A stretch of 18,945 nucleotides of DNA from a virus (taxonomy: Duplodnaviria > Heunggongvirae > Uroviricota > Caudoviricetes), in IMG/VR virus record IMGVR_UViG_3300021400_005610. One strand, given 5' to 3'. A program made the translations under genes and the position numbers. Each line of letters begins with the position of its first letter. Within the stretch, counting starts at the first letter, position 1. This document shows, one piece after another, positions 7,209 through 15,065 of this stretch. The notes under the pieces were generated by a model. That model was not told the DNA's origin. It searched no databases and saw nothing but the letters and a program-made list of their open reading frames with translations.

Positions 7209-9635
7209 ATGGCAGACGAAAATAAAAATCTTGAGAATGAAAATGTAACTCCTGCTGGTGCTATTCCTGCTGGATATTATGAAAATGATGAGGGTCAAAT
7301 TACGATGGATCCTGCTGCATGGACGGCGTCTGCCCGAGAGGATACTGTAGCAGAAGTTACACTTGAAGATATTCCTCTTAAAGAAGGTAAGGGTGGACAA
7401 CTTGCCTTTGATTTGCATTCTATTGGAAGAGGATATGTCAAAGGGGCTTCTGAAGCGTTGACTCCTGAGGAAGCTGCTGCACAGGAAAAAGAAAGAGAAG
7501 CTATAGCTGCTGATATGGAAAGCTATCAGCGTGCTTTTAATGAGTATTCTGGTGTTTATATGGACGCACCTGTACAGAATGATCCTGTGCCAGGTGATTC
7601 TAGTCGCACACTTGATCCTAACAAACGAGAATATGTTGGTGAGGCTGGTACGTTCCAATATGATCCGAAAGAATTTGCGTTGAAGCAAATGCAGGCAAAT
7701 ATGCCTGATGGCTCTATGAAGTCCATTGAGACATTGGTTTATATTGGTCAGGAAACGGACGGTTCGAAGATTCATATTCCTGATGGCGTGCGTAATATGG
7801 CTGGTATGTTTGCGAATAGTAAGCTTAAGAGCGCACCTCAGATTCCAATGGGTGTTCAGAATATGGATATGGCCTTTATGGGCTGTGAGAATTTGAAATC
7901 AGCAAAGATTACAATTCCACCGACGGTTCGTGATATGAACCTTACTTTTGCGGGTTGTAAGAATATGACCAAGGGTCCTGTTGTTATTCCAGGTACTGTG
8001 AAGAACGCAGATTATGCGTTTGCTCAGTGTGCGTCATTGAAGACTACACCTCGTTTGGGTCATGGTATGGAGTCCATTTCTGGCATTTTTGCTGATTGTC
8101 GTAATTTGACAAAAACACCAACGATTCCTCAGACGGTTCGTCGGGCAGATTATGCCACGTCGAATTGTCCTGGTATGGATGGTGCGCGTGATGCAAAAGC
8201 GCAAGAGCGTTTGGAAAAGGCAAGAGCAAAACAGTATGAAAAGTTGACTCGACCTACTTTGGGTGCAAAGTTAGGTCAGAGTATTTCTTATTTGATGCAG
8301 GCACATGCACTTCGTAAGATGGGTTATGGTGCTGTTATGGCGCCTATTATTGCTCACAGTATGCGTAAGAATGGTGTGATTGCAAAAGATTTTCGTAGCG
8401 GCTTTGGTATGATGATGATGAATCGTAACCCGATGATGGGTCGTATGATGATGATGAATGCCAAGGATAGGGTTGAAAAGAGTGAAAAGCAACGTCAAGC
8501 TATGATTGATCGTAAGATGGCTGCATGGGATCGTGCTCATGATTCGTATTCTTATGGCTTGATTGAAACGAAGAATATTTTTGCTAAAGCTGGTCTGAAT
8601 GGCGAGAAAGATGCTAAGAATAATATGTTCCTCCGTATGGCTAATATGGATGGTTCGCAGTTGAATATTTATCGTGAGACGCACGGTAGGAGTGCTGCAT
8701 ATGATCAGCAGGAACGTGTGCTGAATGCTGCCAGCCAGAATGGGGTTGGTTTAGATGCACAGGCTCGTCATCAGTATGCTACGTGGTATAAGCAACAGAT
8801 GGCTCAGTATACGCAGTATTTCCGTGATGCAGATGCACAGATTGATCAGATGAACTATTCCAAGGCTCAGCGTGCTGATGCTAAGGAAGGCTTGGGTCTG
8901 ATGAAAGATGTTGGTCTTTCTCCGATTGTTGATTCCATGCGTAGGATGCAGCAGGATCATCAGTTGTTTAATGATGGTGATATGCGTGATATTGACCGTA
9001 TGATGAAGAGTATTGGCGTTGAGCCTGTATTCCAAGGTCATGTAGAACGTCAAGGTCAATCTCAGATTCATGTGAATTTCAGAGATATTGGACCGCAAGA
9101 ATCTCAGGCTGATAATCCTCAGCCAATGCATGATGATGTTAATCGTCAGCAACAGTCAACGCAACAATCTGACCATCAACAGCCAGCGCAACAGCCTAAG
9201 CATCTTCAACAGCCTGCGCCAGAGCCTAAACCGCAACAGCCTCAGGCTACAGCATCTTCGAGTGCTTCAAATACAGTTACTGTTCTGAAAGAGAATGCTC
9301 GTATTTGGACGCCAAAGGATGATTCACCTAAGTTGGTTGTAAGTATTCCGCATGAGAAGTCACCGAATGGTGTTGGTACGGTTTATATTCCGTTGTATCA
9401 GATGCATGCCAATGAGAACGGTAGTTACGAGGTGAATGTGAAGAATTCAGATTATGCAGTTCATTATAAGGGCGCACCGAAGGAAGGCGACCATATTACT
9501 GCATCTGAATTTAGTTCACGTGTGTCGTCAGGTGTTATGCCTACAACTGGTAAGCCAACTCGTCAAGAACAGGCAGAAGCTGTTAGTGCGGGTGTGACGA
9601 AGGATCAACCACAGGGTCCCGAGATGTCTAAGTAA
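7209..9635 (+). CDS. Large multidomain protein with BspA/DUF285-like leucine-rich repeats, helical region, Q/P-rich linker and small C-terminal beta domain; no signal peptide
   Basis: ATG at 7209 follows GAGGTG and is preferred to 7149. About 6 repeats of ~22 aa have the form IPxxVxNMxxxFxxCxxLkxxP. Confidence 0.8.
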   Translation: MADENKNLENENVTPAGAIPAGYYENDEGQITMDPAAWTASAREDTVAEVTLEDIPLKEGKGGQLAFDLHSIGRGYVKGASEALTPEEAAAQEKEREAIAADMESYQRAFNEYSGVYMDAPVQNDPVPGDSSRTLDPNKREYVGEAGTFQYDPKEFALKQMQANMPDGSMKSIETLVYIGQETDGSKIHIPDGVRNMAGMFANSKLKSAPQIPMGVQNMDMAFMGCENLKSAKITIPPTVRDMNLTFAGCKNMTKGPVVIPGTVKNADYAFAQCASLKTTPRLGHGMESISGIFADCRNLTKTPTIPQTVRRADYATSNCPGMDGARDAKAQERLEKARAKQYEKLTRPTLGAKLGQSISYLMQAHALRKMGYGAVMAPIIAHSMRKNGVIAKDFRSGFGMMMMNRNPMMGRMMMMNAKDRVEKSEKQRQAMIDRKMAAWDRAHDSYSYGLIETKNIFAKAGLNGEKDAKNNMFLRMANMDGSQLNIYRETHGRSAAYDQQERVLNAASQNGVGLDAQARHQYATWYKQQMAQYTQYFRDADAQIDQMNYSKAQRADAKEGLGLMKDVGLSPIVDSMRRMQQDHQLFNDGDMRDIDRMMKSIGVEPVFQGHVERQGQSQIHVNFRDIGPQESQADNPQPMHDDVNRQQQSTQQSDHQQPAQQPKHLQQPAPEPKPQQPQATASSSASNTVTVLKENARIWTPKDDSPKLVVSIPHEKSPNGVGTVYIPLYQMHANENGSYEVNVKNSDYAVHYKGAPKEGDHITASEFSSRVSSGVMPTTGKPTRQEQAEAVSAGVTKDQPQGPEMSK

Positions 9636-9657
9636 CTAAAGATGGGAGGTAAAGGCG

Positions 9658-10809
9658 ATGGCTAAAACTTTAGGTGAGATTGCTCGTTCCTACCAAGGTA
9701 ATAATGATCAGGGCGATTTCGAAGAATATCGCAATCGTAAAGGTAAGGTTCTACCTGGTCACAATCCGACAGTAGGTGGTGGTAAAGCTCAATATTTGAG
9801 TGAAACTCCTGGCGAATCTGAACAGTTCTTGGAACAAGAAAAGTCAGAAGCTGAGAAAAAGTTGGAAGATGATGCCGAATTGACTGAAGAGCGTACCGAA
9901 GAGTATGATGAATCTTTGGAGCATACGAACGAGACAATTTCGGAAGAGTTATATACAACAACAGACGAGCGTGAGCAGATTGAACGTGTTCGTCGTCGTA
10001 ATCGCGAACAGATGCTGGCAATGCAAGAGCGTCATGAGCGTTTGCGTGATAAGCTCGATAAAGCCATTGCTGCAGAATATCAGCGTCGTAAAGATTTGTA
10101 TGCAATTGAGAATGAAAAGAAAAATACGCTGGATTATGCCTATAAGGTATATGGCGATCAGGCAGATGTAGAAGCGATTTTCGATTCGGCATCTGCAGCG
10201 AAGCGTGAAGCTTCTCCTGAAGTGAGAACTTTGAGCGAGCAGATTTCATTCGATATTGATAATAAACTGCATGATAAAGATCAAGTGACTGTGGTTACGG
10301 AGACTGGACATGTTCGTATCATGGACAGAGAGCTTGCTGAAGCTATGCAGTTATATACAGAGAGAAAGAATGGCAATCCGATGTTGGAACAGGCTGCTGC
10401 TGGTTACGATGAATATCGTGACACGTTTAGCGATACGAAAGTAGTGGAGCGTGCAGAAGTAGCGGAAACTGATCGTTTCATTCATGAGGATTTCGAGTTT
10501 ACTCGTGACGAAGAAGAAAAGCTCGCTGAACTTCAGCGTCTTGTGAGCGAAACGGATAAGCAGGCTGCGAAATTTGAGGATAAGACGCCGCAGACGATGA
10601 CTCCAGAAGAGTATGCTCAGTATAATCGTGAGCGTAGGTTTAAGGAGTATGGTTATCCTGATGCTGGTGTCAATTATGATTATCAGTTGACAAAGGAAGG
10701 TATGTATGAATGGAATGGTCGTCCACTTCCATCTGCAATGTCTTCGCCGACAATGAATCGTGAGTTGCAAGCCGAGCGTGAGCCTCAAGTGGATCAACCG
10801 AATGCTTGA
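9658..10809 (+). CDS. Hypothetical acidic, coiled-coil-rich protein (383 aa)
   Basis: RBS GGGAGGT, a long ORF with E/R-rich helical segments, and no recognisable catalytic motif. Confidence 0.82.
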   Translation: MAKTLGEIARSYQGNNDQGDFEEYRNRKGKVLPGHNPTVGGGKAQYLSETPGESEQFLEQEKSEAEKKLEDDAELTEERTEEYDESLEHTNETISEELYTTTDEREQIERVRRRNREQMLAMQERHERLRDKLDKAIAAEYQRRKDLYAIENEKKNTLDYAYKVYGDQADVEAIFDSASAAKREASPEVRTLSEQISFDIDNKLHDKDQVTVVTETGHVRIMDRELAEAMQLYTERKNGNPMLEQAAAGYDEYRDTFSDTKVVERAEVAETDRFIHEDFEFTRDEEEKLAELQRLVSETDKQAAKFEDKTPQTMTPEEYAQYNRERRFKEYGYPDAGVNYDYQLTKEGMYEWNGRPLPSAMSSPTMNRELQAEREPQVDQPNA

Positions 10810-10832
10810 TTTATTCAGAAATGAATATTATG

Positions 10833-10870
10833 AAAAGCCTTTGAATAATTTTCTGTTCAAGGGCTTTTTT
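10833..10870 (+). terminator. Intrinsic terminator
   Basis: aaaagcctttgaa-taattttctg-ttcaagggctttt plus T-tract. Confidence 0.75.
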
Positions 10871-10873
10871 CTA

Positions 10874-10902
10874 TTGATTTATCAGTCTTTTATTGGTATA
10901 AT
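10874..10902 (+). promoter_or_regulatory. Sigma-A promoter of the lipoprotein/radical SAM operon
   Basis: TTGATT-17-TATAAT with TG extended -10. Confidence 0.75.
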
Positions 10903-10948
10903 ACAAAAAGGTAAATGTCGATATCCTTGAGTAAGGAGGTTGTAGTTT

Positions 10949-11188
10949 ATGAAATCACCAAAGGAAAAGATTGCTGTTGGTGTGCTTCTTTTGGGTGCAA
11001 CTGTCGGTATGACAGGTTGTGTTCCGAAGCATCATCGTATGTATACGGCGTATGGTGTTGTTTCACCAGTGGAGAGCATACTGAAAGAGCAAGCGGAAGA
11101 CGTTGCGAAAGATAATGATGCAACAAATACAGAAGCATCGGAAGGTTATGATGGTTCTGCTGATGACGAGGAAAAGTCTGATTCTTGA
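10949..11188 (+). CDS. Small lipoprotein, candidate radical-SAM substrate (AYG motif 9-11 residues after the lipidated Cys; acidic tail)
   Basis: RBS AAGGAGG. The signal MKSPKEKIAVGVLLLGATVGMTGC ends in a lipobox-like MTGC. The mature part begins CVPKHHRMYTAYGVVSP. The gene lies 15 bp upstream of the radical SAM gene. Confidence 0.78.
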   Translation: MKSPKEKIAVGVLLLGATVGMTGCVPKHHRMYTAYGVVSPVESILKEQAEDVAKDNDATNTEASEGYDGSADDEEKSDS

Positions 11189-11203
11189 TTGAGGGTTTAA
11201 TTT

Positions 11204-12295
11204 ATGAGTGTTTATGAAGATTTGCGTCGGCTGAAGTTAAGTGAACTTGAGACTGGGGCAGAGGAAGTAAAGGATGCCATGATGCATCCTCGTTTGCGCC
11301 AATTGTTTTTTGAAGTCACAAGTCAATGCAATCTTGCTTGCAAGCATTGTGGTTCATCGTGTACGATGAAAGGTAGAAGTGGTGTTCCTGTTGAGATTTT
11401 AGAGAATACAATTATTGAATTGGAAGTCGATCCAGAATATAAGAACCATATGCCTTTTATTGTTCTTACTGGTGGTGAACCTATGATGCGTTCTGATATT
11501 CGAGCGATTGTTGATATGCTTTATGCACATCATTTGCCTTGGGGGATGACAACCAATGGCACTCTCGTTACGGCAGAAGACGCAAGGTATTTTGTGAGTC
11601 ACGGAATGTATTCCGTGGCTGTGTCTATTGATGGCACGAAAGAATACCACGATGCTTTTCGTGGCGTAGAGGGCTGTTTTGATAAAGCTTTTGAGGGTTT
11701 ACAGCATTTCATAGATGCTGGGGTGCCGAAATCGAATGTCACAACTGTGTTGAATCATGTTAATATAAAGGATATCAATGAGATTTACGAGATCGTATCT
11801 CCTTATGATATTGATAGTTGGCGTTTGCTTAGTTTGGAGCCAATCGGACGTGCTCGTTGTCGGAAAGACCTTTTATTAGATCCAGATGATTATATTTTCA
11901 TTATGAATTATATCATCGATATGCGTCGCAATAATATTCCTGTGGAATACGGTTGCATGCATTATCTTGGACTGACATGGGAACGAGAGGTTCGTGATTG
12001 GTATTGGTATTGCGGAGCTGGTATTGAAGTTGCCAGTATTATGGCAAATGGTAATATCGGTGCGTGTCTGGATATTGAGCGAAATAGTACAACGATTCAG
12101 GGTAATATCTATGAAGATGATTTTTTGAGTGTTTGGCGAAAGAAGTTTCAAATTTTCAGACACGATTTAGCGAAAGAAACGTCAGGTTGTGACGGTTGTG
12201 AGCATGCAAAGTATTGTAGAGGAGGTGCCCATCATACGTATGATCATGTTTTACATGAGCAGCGTTTATGTATGAAGGGAGTGCTTTTTGATTAA
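11204..12295 (+). CDS. Radical SAM/SPASM enzyme resembling the rSAM/lipoprotein system family (TIGR04133-like)
   Basis: CNLACKHC (Cx3Cx2C), LTGGEP, PWGMTTNG and VSIDG. The SPASM-type C-terminus reads YCGAG..IMANGNIGAC..GNI..CDGCEHAKYCRGG..C. The radical SAM call is secure; the subfamily assignment is from memory. Confidence 0.9.
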   Translation: MSVYEDLRRLKLSELETGAEEVKDAMMHPRLRQLFFEVTSQCNLACKHCGSSCTMKGRSGVPVEILENTIIELEVDPEYKNHMPFIVLTGGEPMMRSDIRAIVDMLYAHHLPWGMTTNGTLVTAEDARYFVSHGMYSVAVSIDGTKEYHDAFRGVEGCFDKAFEGLQHFIDAGVPKSNVTTVLNHVNIKDINEIYEIVSPYDIDSWRLLSLEPIGRARCRKDLLLDPDDYIFIMNYIIDMRRNNIPVEYGCMHYLGLTWEREVRDWYWYCGAGIEVASIMANGNIGACLDIERNSTTIQGNIYEDDFLSVWRKKFQIFRHDLAKETSGCDGCEHAKYCRGGAHHTYDHVLHEQRLCMKGVLFD

Positions 12296-12799
12296 ATGAC
12301 ACGTATAAAGAAATGTCTTCAGTTTTTAATTCCTTTCTTCACGGGTATTTGCGTGACAGTATTGTTGAATTTCTTTTGTTTTGACGTTCATGTTGTGAAT
12401 GGCAGTTCGATGTCGATGGCCTTGTATGACGGCGACGTTGTGATTGCACAAAAGATGTTTATGAACGATATTGATAGAGGAGATATCGTTATATTGAAAG
12501 ACACACGGTTGAATCAGCTTATGATAAAACGTGTGATTGGTCTTCCAGGTGAAACAATACAGTTTGATGAAGAGGGCTATACTTATATAGACGGGGAGAA
12601 ACTGTCATATGAATATCAATTTCCTACCGTAGGTATGATTTACGATTATGATAATGTGACATTGGACGATAATGAGTATTTCGTCGCTGGTGATAATCGT
12701 TACGATAGTTATGACAGTAGGTATTTCGGTCCTGTAGAACGACAAAATATTCGGTCTATAGCAATCTTTCGATTGTTTCCGTTTGAAATATGCCGTTAG
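12296..12799 (+). CDS. lepB: Signal peptidase I (S26 family)
   Basis: N-terminal TM helix, catalytic Ser in VNGSSM, catalytic Lys in MIKRVIGLPGE, and box E YFVAGDNRYDSYDSRYFGPV. Confidence 0.93.
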   Translation: MTRIKKCLQFLIPFFTGICVTVLLNFFCFDVHVVNGSSMSMALYDGDVVIAQKMFMNDIDRGDIVILKDTRLNQLMIKRVIGLPGETIQFDEEGYTYIDGEKLSYEYQFPTVGMIYDYDNVTLDDNEYFVAGDNRYDSYDSRYFGPVERQNIRSIAIFRLFPFEICR

Positions 12800-12816
12800 G
12801 AAGGTGGTGACGAAGC

Positions 12817-13440
12817 GTGGCTAGAAATGGTCCCAATAAGACGAATATGAGTAAATCTGAGCAATGCAAGGTAATTGCTGGTGTGCTTATTACTGTGTTA
12901 TTCGTATCTCGTCTGATTAGCGAATGGCTGTTCTATGTAATCTTTGTGGCTTTGGCTGCGTATGGTATTGCGTGGATTTATCGTAAGTTCAAGCAAGTAC
13001 AAGCAGGTAATGGCAATCTGACAGAAATGAATCAACGAGCCACTGGTGTGGCTCAACCTCGGTTGAATCTTTCGGCTAGGTCGGGTGTGTCTGTAGAATT
13101 GCCAGGGAACTTTGAAAAAGAAGTGGATGAACTGAGAGCACCTGATGTCGTAAAGTATAAGCTGTTGCGACTTGGTGCTGAATCGGGTGCTACTACGTTA
13201 GCAGATTTGATGACATATGAAAAGACACCTGAAGTAATTAAGAAGTATATTACGAAAGGTTCTGATGGTCCGAAAATTCAAGGATTTGATGAGGACGGTT
13301 GTCATGTTAGCGATGATATTTTGTATGATCCAGACGAGTACGAATCTGTAAGTGAAGAAGATGTTCGGAATCCCGATACGATTCTTCTGAATGGTAAGCC
13401 TGTAAAGATTAAAGAACAGAAATCTCCTTTCGCATGGTGA
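12817..13440 (+). CDS. Hypothetical membrane protein (two N-terminal TM helices, acidic soluble domain)
   Basis: GTG start after GGAAGGTGG. Hydrophobic segments VIAGVLITVLFVS and WLFYVIFVALAAYGIAWIY. Confidence 0.78.
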   Translation: MARNGPNKTNMSKSEQCKVIAGVLITVLFVSRLISEWLFYVIFVALAAYGIAWIYRKFKQVQAGNGNLTEMNQRATGVAQPRLNLSARSGVSVELPGNFEKEVDELRAPDVVKYKLLRLGAESGATTLADLMTYEKTPEVIKKYITKGSDGPKIQGFDEDGCHVSDDILYDPDEYESVSEEDVRNPDTILLNGKPVKIKEQKSPFAW

Positions 13441-13453
13441 TGATCGGTTGTTG

Positions 13454-13490
13454 AAAGGTCGGCACGATATGTTGTGCCGATCTTTTTTTT
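13454..13490 (+). terminator. Intrinsic terminator ending the radical SAM operon
   Basis: aaaggtcggcacga-tatg-ttgtgccgatcttt followed by a long T run. Confidence 0.85.
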
Positions 13491-13585
13491 GTTCAAATTT
13501 TACGTGTATTGCGTTTTAAATGATTAGACATACGTTTGGACCATAAAAATCGCTCACGTTAAACGAGAGCGACATGTTTTGATAC

Positions 13586-13635
13586 AAAAAAAGAAGACAC
13601 CTCAAGTAGTTTTTGCTACAAGAGATGTCTTTTTA
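13586..13635 (-). terminator. Intrinsic terminator of the minus-strand lipoprotein gene
   Basis: On the minus strand: aagacatctc-ttgtag-caaaaa-ctactt-gaggtgtctt followed by cttttttt. Confidence 0.7.
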
Positions 13636-14367
13636 TTAGTTCTGTGAGAACGGTATAACCGTTTGGCTGGACTGAATGGAACTATAGACGATATATCTGT
13701 CTTCGTCATATTCTTTGACGTTCGTATGAGCGAATGTGAAGACGAGTAACGGAGGAACAGACTCATCGTCTGTATAGTTTGAGATATTCGTCACGAAGCG
13801 AAGCATGTTGTTATTGGGAGCTTCGATCATGAGGAATGGAATGTCATTGATGACAACTTCTGATACAGTGATAGAAGCATCGTTCTTAAGCTTCTCGAAG
13901 ATTGCGTCGTAAGTATTTACTTGGTATAATTCGCTGGTACACATGATGCTGTAGGATGCATCCTGTTTTTCGGTTACGAATGTACCAAGATATAAATCTG
14001 TTGAACTGTCGTCTGTTACAGGAGACGTAAGTCTAAAAGAATCTTTGGTGAAAACAGCGAAGCCGTAATCTTCGTAGATGGCGAATTTGCCGTAAGCACT
14101 AATGTCAGGGTACTCTTCGAGAATTTTGTTCCAACTGTAATGAACTCTGTCGTCGACAGGTTCTGTTTCAGTTGGTTCTTCTTTTTCTTCTTCAGAAATG
14201 GGTTCCTCAACAGTAGTTTGGGATCCTTCCGTTTCGGACTCTGATGGTTTAACGGTCTCGGATGTGTCCGTTTTATCAGTAGGCTTAGTGGCTTCGATAC
14301 CACACGCCGTAAGTGCGAAACAAAGGATGATGCTAAGAATAGTTAAAATGTATTTATGTTTATGCAT
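13636..14367 (-). CDS. Hypothetical lipoprotein (acidic linker + globular domain)
   Basis: ATG at 14367 follows GAAAGGA. The signal ends in lipobox LTAC, followed by an E/T/P-rich linker. Confidence 0.82.
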   Translation of the reverse strand: MHKHKYILTILSIILCFALTACGIEATKPTDKTDTSETVKPSESETEGSQTTVEEPISEEEKEEPTETEPVDDRVHYSWNKILEEYPDISAYGKFAIYEDYGFAVFTKDSFRLTSPVTDDSSTDLYLGTFVTEKQDASYSIMCTSELYQVNTYDAIFEKLKNDASITVSEVVINDIPFLMIEAPNNNMLRFVTNISNYTDDESVPPLLVFTFAHTNVKEYDEDRYIVYSSIQSSQTVIPFSQN

Positions 14368-14431
14368 AAGTATCAATCCTTTCATTTATGATTTTATTTG
14401 TGAGCTTTTTCTCACTCTATATTTCTCTCGC

Positions 14432-14458
14432 TCACGATGGGATTATATCACATCGTGA
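14432..14458 (-). promoter_or_regulatory. 27-bp near-perfect palindrome overlapping the TGnTATAAT -10 box of the minus-strand lipoprotein gene; candidate operator
   Basis: tcacgatgggattatatcacatcgtga pairs at 11 of 13 positions. The minus strand reads ...gtgaTATAATccc... through its centre. Confidence 0.55.
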
Positions 14459-14476
14459 TGTATTTTGTGTAGTGTT

Positions 14477-14518
14477 AAAAAAAAAGAAGCCCCGTCTTTT
14501 TTTCAAGACGAGGCTTTC
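14477..14518 (-). terminator. Intrinsic terminator
   Basis: On the minus strand: aagcctcgtctt-gaaaaa-aagacggggctt followed by c and a T run. Confidence 0.8.
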
Positions 14519-14523
14519 TTTGG

Positions 14524-14904
14524 TTATCCGACGCGGCGAAAAGGATAGATTATTGCTTTGCTGTTGCGTTCTTGTTCGAGTCGAGCTAAAGCTCTTGTTT
14601 TGTGAATACGGCGCTGAAGGATATGAATGTTCTTTTTGAGACGTTCAGGAATGCCTTCAATTTCGTTTAAGAACCATGCGCCGATGCCGAGAAGTACGAA
14701 GCAAATGAGTGCTGCTAGTAGGATGATTGGCCATACACGGTCATCTGTGAAACGATCGTCAATGGATCCGATAAGTAGGATTCCTATAAATCCGCAAGTC
14801 GTGCCGATACATGCTATGGTTTCGAGGGTTTTGATGATGACATAGGCACGTTTCATGTCTTTGAGACGTTCTGTCATCTGGGCTTCAGTCATTGGTTTCT
14901 GCAT
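14524..14904 (-). CDS. Hypothetical membrane protein (2 TM, basic C-terminus)
   Basis: RBS GAAAGGA upstream. Two hydrophobic helices and minus-strand codon usage. Confidence 0.78.
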   Translation of the reverse strand: MQKPMTEAQMTERLKDMKRAYVIIKTLETIACIGTTCGFIGILLIGSIDDRFTDDRVWPIILLAALICFVLLGIGAWFLNEIEGIPERLKKNIHILQRRIHKTRALARLEQERNSKAIIYPFRRVG

Positions 14905-15065
14905 GATGAGTTATCCTTTCTGTTTTTAAACATTATGGAATATTGTTGTATTATTTCTCCCGTGTAGCGTAGTCGATGAAATCGACGAAGCAATTTTTGT
15001 TATATTATAAGGAGTTGTGACACAGATTTCGGTCTGTGATAGGGTGTCTCGGAGGTCGAAAATCA

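Noticed and set aside
7095-9152. Long antisense ORFs (e.g. 7095-7775, 8271-8684, 8751-9152; likewise 450-974, 1776-2285, 9662-10249, 10351-10797)
   Set aside because: These are shadows of + strand genes with biased codon usage (His/Ile/Thr-rich), with no motifs or RBSs.
13550-14436. 9-bp direct repeat TCGCTCACG (13550, 14428) flanking the lipoprotein gene as a target-site duplication
   Set aside because: No transposase, integrase or terminal inverted repeats are present, and one 9-mer match is plausible by chance.
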